A DNA stretch of 64,000 nucleotides from Hyphomicrobium sp. (lineage in GTDB: Bacteria; Pseudomonadota; Alphaproteobacteria; Rhizobiales; Hyphomicrobiaceae): assembly GCA_022841965.1 (NCBI GenBank), contig JALHQM010000003.1, positions 50,549 through 114,548 on the forward strand. Reading direction: 5' to 3'. This document shows positions 9,418-19,156 of this stretch, piece by piece. A program made the position numbers and the translations under genes. Positions within the stretch are counted from its first letter, which is position 1; each line of letters opens with the position of its first letter. The notes under the pieces were generated by a model that saw nothing but the letters and a program-made list of their open reading frames with translations, was not told the DNA's origin and ran no database searches.

Positions 9418-12276
9418 GTGGATACCATCAATCCGCAGATCACGGTTCTCGACGAATTCAAGCTGCGCGACGAACTCAAGACCATGCGGTCCCAGATTCC
9501 CGACGCGCCGGGCCTGAACCCCATCGTCAACATAGGCTTTTATCTCTCCCGCAGCCTCGAATCCGGCAAGATCAGCTTCGAGGACTTGAAGGCGCTGGCC
9601 GACCGCCTGATGGACCGCGCGTGCGTTCGCCGCGCCGAGCGCCTGCGCGAGCAGATCGGCTACGTCGACAATCAGACCACTATCCGCGAATTCTCCACCT
9701 ACGTCGCCAAGACAGTCGGCAACGACCCAGACCAGGAAAAAGCTTTCGCAGCATTCCAAGAGCGCTGGGGCCGCGCCCGCAATGGCATCGTTTTCACCGC
9801 CCATCCGACCTTTGGCCTCTCCGAAGCGCTCAGCCGCCGCATGGTCGAAATCGCATCCGGCGAAGTGCAGGGCGCGCCGGTCATCGGCATGCCGCACCGT
9901 CCCGACAGCCCGATTACCCTCGAATTCGAACACAAGGCCGTGCAGATCTGCATTCACAACTTGCGCGATGCCTTTGAAGAACTCCTCAACGGCTTCTACT
10001 CGGTTGCTGCCGCTGGCTTCGGCGAGCGCGCCTTCAAGTTCCGTCCCAAAATCGCGACAATTGCCTCTTGGGTCGGCTACGACCTCGACGGCCGCACCGA
10101 CATCAAGTGGACCCACTCCTTCGTCCTGAAGCTCCAGGAAAAGGTCGCAGCCCTTCACGACATCCGCACCCGCTTCATCATCCTCAAGCACCGGCTCCCT
10201 GACGATGTCGACGCGCAGCGCATCGCCCGGCAGATTGTCGCCAAGCTCGATCTCGCGATTGCCTCGGCCCAAAAGCAACTCGATAGCCTGAACAACGCCA
10301 TTGACGGCAAGAACAAGCTGTCCGACGCCGCCAACATCATCACTGAGGCCGACGCGTACAATCTCACGTCGCCCGCGCCGGTCCTCGCGCTGATCGATCA
10401 GTTGATCGACGCCGTCCCGCAGCCGCAGTCCAAGCGTGAGCTGGCAGCCCTCGCAAGCCTCTTCGACCAGACTGGCATGGGCACCTCGCACATTCACCTG
10501 CGCGTCAACGCTGTGCAGCTGAATAACGCCTTCCGCGCCTTCGTTCACGAACCCTGGACGCGCGATCTCACCGAGCGCCAAGCCCTCGCCCGCATCGTGG
10601 AAATGATCCGCACCGCCGGCAAGGAAACGGTCAACTTCGAGACCCTCGATCTCGAAACCGCCACCGCCATCCGCCAGTTCGCGCTCGCAGCTCAATTCCA
10701 CAAGCATGTCGATCGCGACACACCGATCCGCTACCTCATCGCCGAGTGCGAAAGTCCAGCCACGATGCTCATCGCGCTGTTCTTCGCCAAGCTTTTTGGC
10801 ATCGAACACGTGGTAGATATCTCACCGCTGTTTGAAACGCCCGCAGCGCTCGAAACCGGTGCCCGCCTCATTGAGCGCTTGCTCGAAGAGGAGGCCTACA
10901 AGGATTATGTGCGCGGCCGTAAGCGCATCTGCATCCAAACTGGCTTCTCGGACGCCGGCCGCTTCATCGGCCAGATCGCAGCCACGCTCTCAATCGAGCG
11001 CCTGCATCAAGGCCTCGCCGAAGTCCTCGACGCCGACGATCTCGGCGGCGCCGAACTCTTGATCTATTCGACCCACGGCGAATCCATGGGGCGCGGCACG
11101 CATCCGGGATCCATGACGCGGCGCCTACGCTATGTGTTCTCGCCCAACGCCCGCCGCCGCTTTGCCGACGCCGGCATTCCGCTAAAACACGAGACGAGTT
11201 GGCAGGGCGGCGACGGCTACCTCTTTTTCGCCACCAAGCCGCTGGCGATGCGCGCACTCGCGACCGTCATTGAAGATGGCGAAACCCCCGAAGCCATCGA
11301 GGACGAGTTCTACGACGATACCAATCTCGCTCTGGACTTCTTGCTCCGGCTGCGCGCTTATCAGCAAGATCTCTTCGCCCATCCGGGTTATCGCGCGGTT
11401 CTTGGCGCCTTCGGTCCGAACATGCTGTTCAGGACTGGCTCGCGTCCCGTGAAGCGCCAGATGGAAGGCGCATCCACGGCCGACCGCGGCGATCCCGCCC
11501 GTATGCGCGCCATTCCCAACAACGCGATCCTGCAACAGTTCGGCTACATTGCAAACGTCGTGGCTGGCCTTGGCGCCGCCGTCGGCTCCGAGCGCGAGCG
11601 CTTCGTCGAAGTTGCAAAAACATCGGCCCGCCTACGGCCATTGATCGAAATGGTCGCGCGCGGCAAGCAGCTCTCCAGCCTCAACGCTATGGGCGCCAAC
11701 GCGGCCGTGTTCGATCCGGGCTTCTGGGCCATGCGCGCCTCCTGGGGCCGCGAACCGCATTTGGCTGCGGCTTTCAAGAATCTCTCGTCGTTCCTCTTGG
11801 AAGATGAGCGCAACGCCGCCATCAACGGCCTCGTCCACGAACTACGCCTCGACGCCATCGACCTGCATACGTTGCTCGAAGACATCGGCATCGACGGCGG
11901 AAAGATCCCCGACGAAAACCGGCTGGAATTGGACTTGCTCCAGGCCATCCGCTTGGCTCTGATCATGCGGGTCTTCATCCTAGCCGGCCAGTTGCCCAGG
12001 TTCACCACGCGAGACGTTAGCCACGCCCAGATCGTCGCATCGGCATTGACGCTCGAAATTCCCGAGGTCATCAACGTGATGCGTCAGGCATTTCCGAAGC
12101 GTACAGGGATGGTGGAAGATACGAACGCCTTCCGGGAAACGGCAACATATCTGCCGCAGGGCATTGACGACTACGGCCGTATCGAGACGGAAATCCTGGA
12201 GCCGATGGAGCAGGCTTACGAAGCCATCCGCGAAATCGGCACCGGCATCTCCCACCACTTCGGTGCATTTGGCTGA
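9418..12276 (+). CDS. ppc: Phosphoenolpyruvate carboxylase
   Basis: About 952 aa with FTAHPT, GYSDSGK-like (GFSDAGRF) and C-terminal TG motifs. The preferred start is GTG 9418, preceded by GGAGGA. The ORF is open from 9340. Confidence 0.9.
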   Translation: MDTINPQITVLDEFKLRDELKTMRSQIPDAPGLNPIVNIGFYLSRSLESGKISFEDLKALADRLMDRACVRRAERLREQIGYVDNQTTIREFSTYVAKTVGNDPDQEKAFAAFQERWGRARNGIVFTAHPTFGLSEALSRRMVEIASGEVQGAPVIGMPHRPDSPITLEFEHKAVQICIHNLRDAFEELLNGFYSVAAAGFGERAFKFRPKIATIASWVGYDLDGRTDIKWTHSFVLKLQEKVAALHDIRTRFIILKHRLPDDVDAQRIARQIVAKLDLAIASAQKQLDSLNNAIDGKNKLSDAANIITEADAYNLTSPAPVLALIDQLIDAVPQPQSKRELAALASLFDQTGMGTSHIHLRVNAVQLNNAFRAFVHEPWTRDLTERQALARIVEMIRTAGKETVNFETLDLETATAIRQFALAAQFHKHVDRDTPIRYLIAECESPATMLIALFFAKLFGIEHVVDISPLFETPAALETGARLIERLLEEEAYKDYVRGRKRICIQTGFSDAGRFIGQIAATLSIERLHQGLAEVLDADDLGGAELLIYSTHGESMGRGTHPGSMTRRLRYVFSPNARRRFADAGIPLKHETSWQGGDGYLFFATKPLAMRALATVIEDGETPEAIEDEFYDDTNLALDFLLRLRAYQQDLFAHPGYRAVLGAFGPNMLFRTGSRPVKRQMEGASTADRGDPARMRAIPNNAILQQFGYIANVVAGLGAAVGSERERFVEVAKTSARLRPLIEMVARGKQLSSLNAMGANAAVFDPGFWAMRASWGREPHLAAAFKNLSSFLLEDERNAAINGLVHELRLDAIDLHTLLEDIGIDGGKIPDENRLELDLLQAIRLALIMRVFILAGQLPRFTTRDVSHAQIVASALTLEIPEVINVMRQAFPKRTGMVEDTNAFRETATYLPQGIDDYGRIETEILEPMEQAYEAIREIGTGISHHFGAFG

Positions 12277-12310
12277 CAAAAGTTATTGGTATTTCACGTT
12301 TCTGGGGAAG

Positions 12311-12356
12311 AGCGGCCGGCCGCTCGGGGGCGCCATTGGCGCCCCTTCGCTTTTGT
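12311..12356. terminator. Bidirectional terminator region between convergent ppc and dctM
   Basis: 14-nt palindrome agcggccggccgct (12311-12324) and hairpin ggggcgcc-att-ggcgcccc (12327-12345), followed by ttcgcttttgtt. Confidence 0.5.
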
Positions 12357-13690
12357 TATGGCCAGTCCATCAGCCCCAACATCCGCGGCAGCGTCAGCGA
12401 CAGCGCCGGCCAGTAGGTCACAAGGATCAGAAACGCCAGCATAGAAAGCAGCCAAGGCAGAACGGCGCGCGACGTCTCCGTCAGCCCGAGTTTCGCAACC
12501 CCGCTCGTCACGTAGAGATTGAGCCCAACCGGCGGTGTGATCATGCCGATCTCCATGTTCACCACCATAATGATCCCGAAGTGCACGGGATCGATGCCGA
12601 GCTTAGCTGCCACTGGAAATAGGATCGGCGCCAAGATCAGGATGATCGACGCCGGCTCCATGAACGTGCCCGCAATCAGCAGCAGGATGTTCACGACGAT
12701 CAGGAACGTGATCCAGTTGAACCCTTGCGCGACGATCCAATCGGCGACGGCCTGCGGAATGTGCTCGTGCGTCAAAAGGAATGAAAACAGCATCGCGTTG
12801 GTAATGATGTAGAGCAGCATCGCACTCATGTTGGCTGCCGTTAGCAGCACTTTCGGCACGTCGCCCCACCCGATATCGCGATAGATAAACTTGGCGACAA
12901 CGAAGGCATAAACCGCGCTCAGAGCTGCCGCCTCAGTCGGTGTGACAAGCCCGCCATAAATACCGCCAAGCACGACCGCGATCAGCGCCAGACCCCAGAT
13001 GCAATCGACAAATGCGTCGAAGGCCTCGCCCCACGTCGCACGCGGCGCCCGCGGATAGCCCTCCTTTTGAGCGATCCACCACGTCACGGTCCCAAGCAAC
13101 GTCGCAAGCAGGATGCCCGGCACGACCCCCGCCATGAACAGATCATCGACGGCGGGCGCCGCCACCCGCTCGCCCTCCGGCCCGCGCGCACTCATCCCCG
13201 CCGTTGCCAACGCATAGAGCACCATCACAATCGACGGCGGAATAAGAATGCCAAGCGTGCCGGACGAGGCGATCACACCGGCCCCAAAACGCTTCGGATA
13301 CCCCTGCGCCACCATCGCCGGAAGGAGAATGGATCCGATGGCAATCACTGTTGCCGGCGACGACCCCGATACAGCCGCGAAGATCGCGCACGCCAGCACG
13401 GACGCAATTCCAAGCCCTCCGGCCCAGTGCCCCGTCATTGCGATTGCAAACCGGATCATCCGCTTCGCGACCCCGCCGTGGGTCAGAAACGCGCCCGCCA
13501 GAATGAAAAAGGGCACAGCCATGATCTCAAACTTTTCCATGCCGGTGAAAAGCTTGAGCGCCACGGCGTCCAGCGGCACATCGGTGATCGCAAACAGAAC
13601 CGTCAGCACCGTCAGACCAAGCGCAATTGATACCGGTGTTCCGGTGAGCAAAAGTGCAATAAGCAGACCGAAGATCAGCAGCGCGGTCAT
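12356..13690 (-). CDS. dctM: TRAP transporter large permease subunit
   Basis: 444 aa and polytopic, with typical DctM sequence. Its start overlaps the dctQ stop by 4 nt. Confidence 0.9.
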   Translation of the reverse strand: MTALLIFGLLIALLLTGTPVSIALGLTVLTVLFAITDVPLDAVALKLFTGMEKFEIMAVPFFILAGAFLTHGGVAKRMIRFAIAMTGHWAGGLGIASVLACAIFAAVSGSSPATVIAIGSILLPAMVAQGYPKRFGAGVIASSGTLGILIPPSIVMVLYALATAGMSARGPEGERVAAPAVDDLFMAGVVPGILLATLLGTVTWWIAQKEGYPRAPRATWGEAFDAFVDCIWGLALIAVVLGGIYGGLVTPTEAAALSAVYAFVVAKFIYRDIGWGDVPKVLLTAANMSAMLLYIITNAMLFSFLLTHEHIPQAVADWIVAQGFNWITFLIVVNILLLIAGTFMEPASIILILAPILFPVAAKLGIDPVHFGIIMVVNMEIGMITPPVGLNLYVTSGVAKLGLTETSRAVLPWLLSMLAFLILVTYWPALSLTLPRMLGLMDWP

Positions 13691-14307
13691 GACCGCACCT
13701 CATCCGTCATGACTTCGGATGCCGGATCGTGATGCGGCAGCTCCCCGGTCCTGGCATAATGTGCCGCGACCTGTAGGAACCGGAAGCACATCAAAAACGA
13801 CCCCAGCGGCAGGCACAGATAAACAATCCACATCGGCGCTTCGAGCACCGCCGAGACCTGGCCTGAATGAAACAGATGAGCAACCAACCGCGCCCCCAGC
13901 CATCCCACGAACGCCGTGAACGCTGCCCCGCAGAACAACCCGAACAGCACCATGCGCCGCCGCCACTCCGGCGACAGCCGGTTCACCAGAATATCAACGC
14001 CGACATGGATGCCCGTGCGCACGCCATAGGCCGCGCCAAACTTCGCCATCCACACGAACAGAAAAATGCACAGCTCCTGCGCCCACGTCAGTCGAATGGA
14101 AAGCAGCCAGAAATAGGTGGCGCGCAAAGCATCCGAGAGCCCGGCATATCCAGCATCCCGAGACCAAACCACCAAGCCGCCCAGATGCGACAGCGAATAC
14201 CGGTGGACCACCGCAATGAAGATCACGAGCGTCGCCAGCCCCATCAGGAATGCGATCAGGTTCTCTTCCAATCGGTCGAGCCAGCGCAGCCGGGGCCCCG
14301 ATGTCAT
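13687..14307 (-). CDS. dctQ: TRAP transporter small permease subunit
   Basis: MTSGPRLRWLDRLEENLIAFLMG... with 4 TM helices. ATG 14307 forms an ATGA overlap with the dctP stop. The longer ORF up to 14406 is unlikely to be real. Confidence 0.8.
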   Translation of the reverse strand: MTSGPRLRWLDRLEENLIAFLMGLATLVIFIAVVHRYSLSHLGGLVVWSRDAGYAGLSDALRATYFWLLSIRLTWAQELCIFLFVWMAKFGAAYGVRTGIHVGVDILVNRLSPEWRRRMVLFGLFCGAAFTAFVGWLGARLVAHLFHSGQVSAVLEAPMWIVYLCLPLGSFLMCFRFLQVAAHYARTGELPHHDPASEVMTDEVRS

Positions 14308-15314
14308 GGCGAAGGCCTCGCCAAGTCTTCTTCGATCCGGCGCACGAGATCCACGCCAACCCGCTCCGCCATCCGCGCGCGCGCCGGCTTGAGTGCCGCC
14401 GTCCACGCGGCCCGCTCCTCTTCGGTCGGATCGTGGAAGGCCGTTTTGCCGGTCTTCAACATCGCAGCCATAGCCTCGTCATTTTCCTTCGCCGCTTCCG
14501 CATTCGCATATGGGGTGGCCTCCCGCACAGCCCGCTCGATGCTTGAGCGAATATCCGCCGGAAGCCCGTTCCAGAAGTCACGATTGACGATCAGCGCATA
14601 GCCGAGAAAGCCGTGATTGGTCATCGTCGCGTGCGGCTGCACCTCGAACATTTTTTGATTATAGAAATTGGCCGGTGGATTCTCAGTCCCATCCACAACG
14701 CCCGATGATAGCGCCTGATACGCTTCCGAAAATGCCAGCACCTGCGGCAGCGCGCCAAGAGCGGTCATTTGTTCCTCTATCACCCGGGACGACTGGATGC
14801 GCATCTTAAGTCCCAGAAGATCGTCCGGCTGCCTGAGCGGCCTTTTCGCCGACAAGATCTTGAACCCGTTGTTCCAGTAACCGAGCCCAACAATTCCCTT
14901 CGCCTCGAGCAGCCCAAGGATCTCTTTCCCGATTGGCCCCTCGGTAATCCGCGCCAACTCCGCTGTATCCCGGAACAGATACGGAATGTCGAAAACCTCG
15001 AACGCCTTGATCCCCAGTGGCCCAAACTTAGATAACGACGGCGCCAGCATTTCCACAGCGCCAAGCTGCAACGCCTCCAGCTCTTCCTTGTCCTTGTAGA
15101 GCTGCGAGTTGGGATAGAGCTCGATGCGAACACGCCCTCCCGTGTAGGCTTCCGCAAGCTCCTTGAACCGCACCGCACCCAGGCTCTTATGAGCTTGCGG
15201 TGCCGCAACGTGACTGAATTTAATGACGATCGGGCTGCCAAGTGCCGTCTGCTCTGCCATAGCAGAGTAGGCACCGAAAATGGCCGCGATGAAAAGGAAA
15301 AGGGCGCGGCGCAT
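14304..15314 (-). CDS. dctP: TRAP transporter substrate-binding protein
   Basis: Signal peptide MRRALFLFIAAIFGAYSAMA, then a DctP-family sequence (IKFSHVAAP...LYPNSQLY...). Confidence 0.9.
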   Translation of the reverse strand: MRRALFLFIAAIFGAYSAMAEQTALGSPIVIKFSHVAAPQAHKSLGAVRFKELAEAYTGGRVRIELYPNSQLYKDKEELEALQLGAVEMLAPSLSKFGPLGIKAFEVFDIPYLFRDTAELARITEGPIGKEILGLLEAKGIVGLGYWNNGFKILSAKRPLRQPDDLLGLKMRIQSSRVIEEQMTALGALPQVLAFSEAYQALSSGVVDGTENPPANFYNQKMFEVQPHATMTNHGFLGYALIVNRDFWNGLPADIRSSIERAVREATPYANAEAAKENDEAMAAMLKTGKTAFHDPTEEERAAWTAALKPARARMAERVGVDLVRRIEEDLARPSP

Positions 15315-15377
15315 GTCGTCCGTCGGCTCGTGGTTGAGGGGCGGGCTCCGCCTATGGTGGCGCAAGAGCGGCGCCTG

Positions 15378-15569
15378 TCAAGTGCGGCGCGCGTCTTGCT
15401 CGCGCATCCGCCGGCCCTCCTCCCAGTCTTTCACGACAGCCCGAACGAACCGCAGCACCCGCCGCGTTCTCTTGGCATCATCCGGGGCGAGCCACCAGCA
15501 GCCGCAGCAAAAGCATGGCCGCTTCGCAAGCCATAGGGTCAATACGTAGTCGGGTCCTGCTGCGCGCAT
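15378..15569 (-). CDS. Small hypothetical protein (63 aa) with a Cys/Trp cluster
   Basis: The ORF fills the prmB-dctP gap. GGAG sits 6 nt upstream of ATG 15569, which is 17 nt after the prmB stop. I recognise no family. Confidence 0.35.
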   Translation of the reverse strand: MRAAGPDYVLTLWLAKRPCFCCGCWWLAPDDAKRTRRVLRFVRAVVKDWEEGRRMREQDARRT

Positions 15570-15585
15570 GGCGGGCTCCGGTTCG

Positions 15586-16521
15586 TCAGCGTTTGCGTCC
15601 GCGGCCCTCCGAGTGGGTCGCGGCCTGAAGCTCGGCGGAAGTCAACGCGAACACCTCGCCCGAACTGTCCTCAGTCTCGAGCCAAAGGAAGGGTAATTGA
15701 GGGTAGTCCTCCTCGAGGATGTCGAGCCCCGTTCCCACTTCAACGACGAGCACGCCGTCGCGTTCCAGATGCCGCGCCGCCTCGGCCAAAATGCGCCTCA
15801 CGAGATCGAGCCCGTCGACCCCGCCCGCGTGCGCCATCATCGGCTCGGCCCGATACTCCGGCGGAAACGCGGCCACGGCCTCCGCCGAAACATAAGGCGG
15901 ATTGGAAATGATCAAGTCGTACTTGCGCGAGCCAAGCGCAGCAAACAGGTCCGACTGCTGCAGCGTAATCCGGCCTTCCAGACCGTAGTCGGTGACATTG
16001 CGTTGCGCCACCGCCAACGCATCCGGCGATAGATCGACCGCATCGACAATCGCATTGGGATAAGTCAGCGCCGCCAGAATGGCGAGACACCCCGACCCCG
16101 TGCACAAATCGAGCACCGAGGTCACCGTTTCCGGGTCCGGCACCACCGACGCCAATTCCCCATCCAGCAACTCGCCGATATACGACCGTGGCACGATCAC
16201 CCGCTCGTCGACATAAAAATCTCGGCCCCGGATGTATGCGCGGTTCACGAGATACGGCGCCGGCTTGCGAGTCACAACCCGCGCATCGATGAGCCCCGCG
16301 ATGCGGACCCGCTCATCCCCCGTCAGCCGGCAATCGAGCCACGGCTCCAGTTGATCGATTGGAAGATCGAGCGCCGATAGGATCAGAAACGCCGCCTCAT
16401 CGAGCGCCGTCGAGGTCCCGTGTCCGAACACCAGCTTCGCCCCGCGAAAGCGCGACACGCCATAGCGCAACCAGTCGCGCACGGTGACGAGATCGGAGAG
16501 GCGGGTTTCGGTGGCAGTCAT
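15586..16521 (-). CDS. prmB: Ribosomal protein L3 glutamine N5-methyltransferase
   Basis: 311 aa. VLDLCTGSGCLAI SAM motif plus IISNPPYV (NPPY). Overall PrmB-like length and N-terminal domain. Confidence 0.85.
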   Translation of the reverse strand: MTATETRLSDLVTVRDWLRYGVSRFRGAKLVFGHGTSTALDEAAFLILSALDLPIDQLEPWLDCRLTGDERVRIAGLIDARVVTRKPAPYLVNRAYIRGRDFYVDERVIVPRSYIGELLDGELASVVPDPETVTSVLDLCTGSGCLAILAALTYPNAIVDAVDLSPDALAVAQRNVTDYGLEGRITLQQSDLFAALGSRKYDLIISNPPYVSAEAVAAFPPEYRAEPMMAHAGGVDGLDLVRRILAEAARHLERDGVLVVEVGTGLDILEEDYPQLPFLWLETEDSSGEVFALTSAELQAATHSEGRGRKR

Positions 16522-16590
16522 AAGGCGGCGGGCTCCTCGGATCTCGTGGCCGGCACCCTAGCGCGTCCCCCGCCGCCCCGCCAGTTCGCG

Positions 16591-17322
16591 CTAACCCTTG
16601 AATTCTTCGATCTTCCCGAAGGCTTCCCGCAATGCCGACGCCCACGCCCCCGACAGCTTCTTGAAATACTCATCATCCTGGTGAATCCGGCTGTAGCGGC
16701 GCACATCAAGGCTGTCACGCTCGTAAAGCAAAAGGTCGATCGGCATCCCGACCGACAAATTCGAACGCAGCGTCGAATCAAACGACAGCAAAAGGAGCTT
16801 GGCCGCCTCTCCCAGCCGCATACCGGGCTGAGCCACGCGATCAAGGATCGGCTTGCCGTACTTGTGTTCGCCGATCTGCAGAAATGGCGCGTCGTCCGAG
16901 GCTTCGATAAAATTTCCCTCGGAATAGATCTGGAATAGCCGGGGTGGCTCCGATCCGATCTGCCCTCCGAGAATAAAGGACGCAAAAAACCCGCTGCGCG
17001 TCGCCTCCAACGCTTCTCCGTCCACCCGTCGCACCTCGCGCACAGCATCTCCCACGATCCGCGCGGCACGATACATCGACGTCGCCGTCATAAGAGTGTG
17101 CTCAACGCCAGAGTCGTCGGCCAACTGCTCGTTCAGAATGCTGACCACGGACTGGCTGATACCCAGATTGCCGGCCGTCAGTAGTACGATCACGCGATCC
17201 CCGGGCCGGCGCCAGTAATGCAACTTCCGGAACTGCGAGATGTTATCGACACCTGCATTCGTGCGCGTATCGGCGGCAAAGACGATGCCGCGGTCAAGTC
17301 GCAGGGCGACGCCGTAAGTCAT
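16591..17322 (-). CDS. Anbu (ancestral beta-subunit) proteasome-like Ntn-hydrolase
   Basis: MTYGVALRLDRGIVFAADTRTNAGVDNIS places the Thr nucleophile right after the initiator Met. It is the last gene of the canonical ATP-grasp/alpha-E/transglutaminase/Anbu operon. Confidence 0.8.
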   Translation of the reverse strand: MTYGVALRLDRGIVFAADTRTNAGVDNISQFRKLHYWRRPGDRVIVLLTAGNLGISQSVVSILNEQLADDSGVEHTLMTATSMYRAARIVGDAVREVRRVDGEALEATRSGFFASFILGGQIGSEPPRLFQIYSEGNFIEASDDAPFLQIGEHKYGKPILDRVAQPGMRLGEAAKLLLLSFDSTLRSNLSVGMPIDLLLYERDSLDVRRYSRIHQDDEYFKKLSGAWASALREAFGKIEEFKG

Positions 17323-17339
17323 ATGAGGGCATGCTCAAA

Positions 17340-18155
17340 CTATTGTTGCTGTTGAGCGCCTTGCTGCTGGACTTCGACAACCACGTCAAGTGTCTCGTTC
17401 TGTCCGCCCCGGCGGTTGCCACGAATGGGCGCGGCAGTCGCCGCATCCAGGCCCGTCGCGAGCCGAATATAGCGCTCCGTCGGGCACATCAGGTTCGCTG
17501 GATCGAAGCCGACCCACCCAAGGCCCTCCACCCACGCCTCCGCCCAAGCATGATGTGCGTCAGACGGTTCCGGTGTACCGGACAGAAAATACCCGTTCAC
17601 GTAGCGCGCAGGTATGCCGAGCACGCGCGCGCCGGCAATGAAGATATGTGCATAATCTTGGCAAACACCGGTGCCATCAGCGAGCGCTTCTGCCGCACTG
17701 GTGTGCGAATGTGTCGTGCCAATCTCATAGGTCACCGCCTCACGGGTCGCATGCATCAAGCGGTGCAATTGATCGAGGGTGCATCCGCCTTTGCATTGTG
17801 TAGTGAGATCGCGGATCCCGTCATTAGGAGCCGTTCGCGGCGTTTCCCGCAAATAGACGCGAAGCGGCGCCGGCTCTGACAATCCCTTCGCAACGCCGAT
17901 CCGATCCCCCGTCTCGACAACGCCACCGGCCTCGATGGTGATGCTGTCGTGCTCGCCTTGGATGGCCGTCAGATGTACCAGATTGCCGAAACCATCATGA
18001 AACTGCGCGGCATTTTCAATGCCCGGCGCAGTAACTTGCCAAGAGATGATCTTTTGCCCATCGAAGGTTGGCGGTGACAGCCGCAAGCTCTCGATAGCGT
18101 AACGCGCCAGCGTGTCGTAGCGATAGGTGGTGGTATGCTTGACGCTGAGCAACAT
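17340..18155 (-). CDS. Transglutaminase-like cysteine peptidase family protein
   Basis: 271 aa with a VCQDYAHIFIAGARVLGIPARYVNGY core (Cys nucleophile), then H...D. Operon position supports the call. Confidence 0.85.
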   Translation of the reverse strand: MLLSVKHTTTYRYDTLARYAIESLRLSPPTFDGQKIISWQVTAPGIENAAQFHDGFGNLVHLTAIQGEHDSITIEAGGVVETGDRIGVAKGLSEPAPLRVYLRETPRTAPNDGIRDLTTQCKGGCTLDQLHRLMHATREAVTYEIGTTHSHTSAAEALADGTGVCQDYAHIFIAGARVLGIPARYVNGYFLSGTPEPSDAHHAWAEAWVEGLGWVGFDPANLMCPTERYIRLATGLDAATAAPIRGNRRGGQNETLDVVVEVQQQGAQQQQ

Positions 18156-18162
18156 GGCGATC

Positions 18163-19110
18163 TCAACCGTTGAAGTGGTATGCGTCTGAAATCTCCTCAG
18201 CCACGCGATTGTTGCGGCCCAGGAAGTCCGTCAAAAATTCATGCAAGCCCGACTGGAAGATAGTGTCGATGTTCCCATTTTCCAGCATCGCCAGCGTTTC
18301 ATGCGCCATGGGTACGCACGTATCGTCCTGATCGTAGAAGGCCTTTAAACCAGCCACCGCTTGATCGATCTCGATGTAACAAGCCCGCAACGACCTGGGC
18401 ATTTCAGCGCTGAGGATCAGGTAGTCCGCGATGTTCCAAGGCTTATAGTGCTGTTTGTAGACCCACCGGTAGCTGCGATGCGCCGACACGGACCTCAAGA
18501 TTGACGCCCATTGCAGGTTATCAACGCTGGAGCCGATCATCTCGTAACTCGGCAGGAGGACAAAATACTTCACATCCAAAATGCGGGCCGTGTTGTCAGC
18601 CCGCTCCAGAAACGTGCCCAGCTGGCTGAAATAGAAAGTGTCGTTGCGCAAAATCGTGTTCAGCAGCGCGCCCCGATAGGTGGCCGACCGCTCCTTGATC
18701 CAGTCCAGAAGCGCAGGCAGCCGGTCGGATGTGATGTCGCGCGGATTGATCGCCTCGAAGTCGATCCACGCGCTATTCAGGCTCTCCCACATCTCGCGCG
18801 TCAACGAGGTGCGCTGCGCCCGCGCGTTTCGCCGCGCAATAGAGATGCATGAGCGGACGCTCGCCGGATTGTCGGCGTCAAAAAGAAGGTAGTTGATCAC
18901 GTCCGACGTCGTCGGCGCGTCGTGCTTGGCCAGATATCCCGTCTCGCACCCAGCACTTTGCAAAGTGGATCGCCACTCCTCGTTGTACCCCTCACCCTCG
19001 CGCGGAAGCAACGCGATGCGATAGCCGACCTCGATCAGCCGCGCCATATTCTCCGCGCGTTCCAGATAGCGCGAGAGCCAGAAAAGATCGTTTGCCGTTC
19101 GGCCGAGCAT
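18163..19110 (-). CDS. Alpha-E domain protein (DUF403)
   Basis: MLGRTANDLFWLSRYLERAENMARL... is the typical alpha-E N-terminus. 315 aa. Confidence 0.8.
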   Translation of the reverse strand: MLGRTANDLFWLSRYLERAENMARLIEVGYRIALLPREGEGYNEEWRSTLQSAGCETGYLAKHDAPTTSDVINYLLFDADNPASVRSCISIARRNARAQRTSLTREMWESLNSAWIDFEAINPRDITSDRLPALLDWIKERSATYRGALLNTILRNDTFYFSQLGTFLERADNTARILDVKYFVLLPSYEMIGSSVDNLQWASILRSVSAHRSYRWVYKQHYKPWNIADYLILSAEMPRSLRACYIEIDQAVAGLKAFYDQDDTCVPMAHETLAMLENGNIDTIFQSGLHEFLTDFLGRNNRVAEEISDAYHFNG

Positions 19111-19156
19111 GAAAGAAACCGGAGTTTGTGTTGGTGGGCAATCGTCTGTTCGAGGC

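Noticed and set aside
9169-10809. Very long antisense ORFs opposite real genes, for example 9169-10809(-), 7905-8936(-), 19469-20743(+), 31768-33102(-), 44301-45512(+), 49366-50415(-), 57999-58964(-) and 30834-31757(-)
   Set aside because: They lie opposite genes with unambiguous family identity (ppc, mtkAB, ATP-grasp, hrpB, dnaK, rph, acs, prk). Their translations are Arg/Gly/Ala/Asp-rich low-complexity sequences typical of shadow ORFs in high-GC DNA.
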